In this document: positions 61,374 through 64,000 of the stretch, piece after piece
Layout: each line of letters begins with the position of its first letter
Numbering within the stretch: the first letter of the stretch is position 1
Assembly: GCF_035594765.1 (NCBI RefSeq)
Contig: NC_085845.1
Location: 192,898,897 to 192,962,896, forward strand
Direction of reading: 5' to 3'
From: Anolis carolinensis
Taxonomy: Eukaryota
DNA: 64,000 bases
The notes under the pieces: model-generated
The model's database searches: none
Told to the model about the DNA's origin: nothing
Seen by the model: the letters and a program-made list of their open reading frames with translations, nothing else
Translations under genes and position numbers: made by a program

Positions 61374-62474
61374 TTATTCTACTTTTAGTCTCGTCGTAGC
61401 ATCCTACAGGATCCTGGGATTTGCAATGTACAGAGGGACTTTTAGATTTCCCAACCAGAGAGTTTTTAGGCCTCATCAAACTACAATCCTCTGAATTCCA
61501 CATAATATTGCCATAGAAGTTAATATAATTGTGTATTACTGTGCTTTGTGGTAAGGACATTTGAATAGGATGTTAAAGGGAACAAACCTTTCCAAAAGGA
61601 AAACAGAGACTGGAAGTACAGAAGGAGGTGACTAATGTTAACAAATCATCTTCTGGACCCTGCAAAATGTTTTTCAGATTGGGATGTTGGCTACTGGAAG
61701 TTTCTCTCTTCCTGGCATAAACAGTACTGTAGGAGGGAAAATTATTAAGTCATCAATATAGAGTTTATGCAGGTCATTTGACTTCCAGAGTTAGACCTTC
61801 AAACAAGCCTGCAGCACTAAATATGTGTGCTTGATTTTTCACGGTTCCTACAATTCCTTTAGCTTTATCAAAAATATTCTATGTTCCAGATATCAAAAAA
61901 AAAAAAAAACAAAGCAAAATAAAAGTCTCTATTTCGCAATGAAATCTTGTGTTTTGTATCCTTTACAAAATGGATATGCAAAAATGATTTAAAGCACAGG
62001 AGTCTATAATAATATTGGCATAGATTTGTTCTTTTTTCTTCCTTTAAAAATCTCCTGCTATCTGCTTCCAAGGATTAATAACTTCTTTCCCCACATAACT
62101 GCTTCAAATAATGCTATATTTCTCGTATTATAATTCAAACTATAAAAAAGAGCGGTATGGATAAACATTCTTCATACAATTGAATCTATAGAAGGTGAAG
62201 TGATTTAGAGCTATTAATAGCAAGTGTGCAAGATATCTCCCCCATCCCTACACATGGATCATGAAAAATAGCTTTTTTATACACTAAAATGGAAAATAAG
62301 TCCTTTCCAAATGCAACAATTACAATGTTAGCTAGCTACATTCAAAATATATTATTTTCAGACTTGGACTAGACTGAAGGATTATTTAGGTGTTCATCCA
62401 CCATGTTTATACCAATGCCTGCTGGATCTGTCTTACATGATCATGTATTCTTCATTTGACCTTATCCCCTATAC

Positions 62475-62886
62475 CAGTGGTTCTTAACCTGTGGGTCCTC
62501 ATATGTTTTAGCCTTCAACTCCCAGAAATCATAACAGTTGAGGGGTTTTTTTTTGTATATCAGGAGTGACTTGAAAAACTCCAAGTCTTTTCTGGTGCGA
62601 GAAAATTGGCCGTCTGCAAAGACATTAAATGGCCCAGGAGACACCCGGATGTTTGATGTTTTACCATTCTTGTGGGAGGCTTCTCTCATGTCTTTGCACA
62701 GTGAGCTGGAGCTGACAGAGGGAGCTCACCCACTTTCCCCGGATTCAAACCACTAACCTTTCAGTCAGTAGTCCTGCCGGTACCAAAGTTTAACCCATTG
62801 CGCTATCGGGGGTGCTGGTAAACTGGCTGGGATTTCTGGAAGTTATCGGCCAAAACACCTGGGGACCCACAGGTTGAGAACCACTG
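62475..62886. mobile_element. Palindromic hAT MITE split by a SINE (62541-62812, minus strand)
   Basis: MITE halves at 62475-62540 and 62813-62886; the insert matches the TGACAY-An SINE family. Confidence 0.85.
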
Positions 62887-62989
62887 CCTTATATCCATGG
62901 AATTACATGCATTTAACTACCGGTAGAAGGTAGGAAAGCTTTGGTGACCTGGTAGTAAAGTAGGATTGGGATGGGGTCATGCCAGCCTC

Positions 62990-63360
62990 CCAAAATGAAA
63001 GCAAACAAAAATACCTCCCTTAGAAGAATGGGAAAAATACATTTTCTGATAATTGATAAAGTAACTGTACTCTTAAGAGGAGAACTTTTAGAGAACTTTG
63101 TTAATGAATGGTAACCAATGATCCAACATCTCAATGTAAAATTAATCTAAAAATGTACATAGGGGAATCTATAAGACTGTAGACAAGGAGGAAACGGGTT
63201 TAGAGGTTATGATACCTTTATATGTACTATTCAAATAGAAGACTGTGACCCCTTAAAAATATATTATCTGCGAAAAGATTATGGAACACTAATAGCTGGA
63301 AAGTATTGCACTGTATGCAACAAACACAAATATATGTCTATTTGAATAAATAAAAAAGAG
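62990..63360 (+). mobile_element. L1 3' fragment (same family as 11810-12147)
   Basis: Shares TTAAGAGGAGAAC.TTTAGAGAACTTTGTTAATGAATGG.AACCAATGATCCAACAT; AATAAA and A-rich tail. Confidence 0.8.
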
Positions 63361-64000
63361 GGGAAAAAAGAAAGCAAACAAAAATAAAGTCCACTATTTG
63401 GTGGTGACAGGACTCTTATGAGTACCACAAAAATATAGCAACTTCCACACTTACACTGCAAAACAATAGTACGCAAGCTTATGTTCTCCAAATATTTGAG
63501 GCTTCAACTCCCAGAAATCCTGAGCACTGTCTGTTCTGTCTGAGTCTTCTGGGATAGAAGTCTAAAACATCTGAAGAACTAAAGATTGATAACCACTCTT
63601 CTAATAACCTGAAATCACAGCATTCGTTCCTGCTCCATCCATTGGCTGTGGATCGTAGGAATGTCTCACGAATCAGTAATATGCTATCACATATTTTGTA
63701 ATACTTCAGGTGGCTATAGAGAACTAGTGAGAGGAGGTGATGTGGGAATGATATAATATTTCACTACTTTTTGTCAGTGCCATGAGTAATTTTAGGTATT
63801 TTCTTCCCACAGCAAAAAACCACACAAGGTTCGGAATCGATTTGTAATTTAGGACATATTCTATAAAAATTTGCATGTGGCTATATGCCACATAGAACAG
63901 CATTTTTACATAGAAAAGACCATAGAAAATACTATTTCAATCTAAAAGACATGCAAAAGGTTGTGTGGCAGATTACAAGACTGTGCATTGCGCATATTAT

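Overview
Vertebrate nuclear DNA, almost certainly from an Anolis-type lizard (squamate). The call rests on many Sauria SINEs plus typical anole BovB, CR1, L2, Vingi, Dong/R4, Penelope, Helitron and MITE families. I could not recognise any host protein-coding gene. The window reads as a large intron or gene desert: repeat-free, motif-rich blocks that look like conserved non-coding elements, three N-gaps next to GC/CpG-enriched sequence, and a dense, deeply nested set of mobile elements. Every ORF I can assign to a protein family is a retroelement fragment (CR1, L1, BovB, Dong/R4, Vingi). Highlights: (1) a Gypsy-type solo LTR (49665-50518, 5-bp TSD) whose U3 holds an intact 84-codon ORF ending in RRSARIAAK, close to the HMGN nucleosome-binding core RRSARLSAK; (2) a 1.85-kb non-autonomous hAT (35241-37090, perfect 8-bp TSD) built from pieces of other elements plus a CpG-rich promoter/first-exon-like cassette; (3) Penelope repeats with minimal hammerhead ribozymes, one intact; (4) a mini-Helitron carrying permuted Penelope fragments; (5) a SINE family sharing its 3' end with the Vingi LINE. 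Family names come from recognising motifs by eye, not from database searches.
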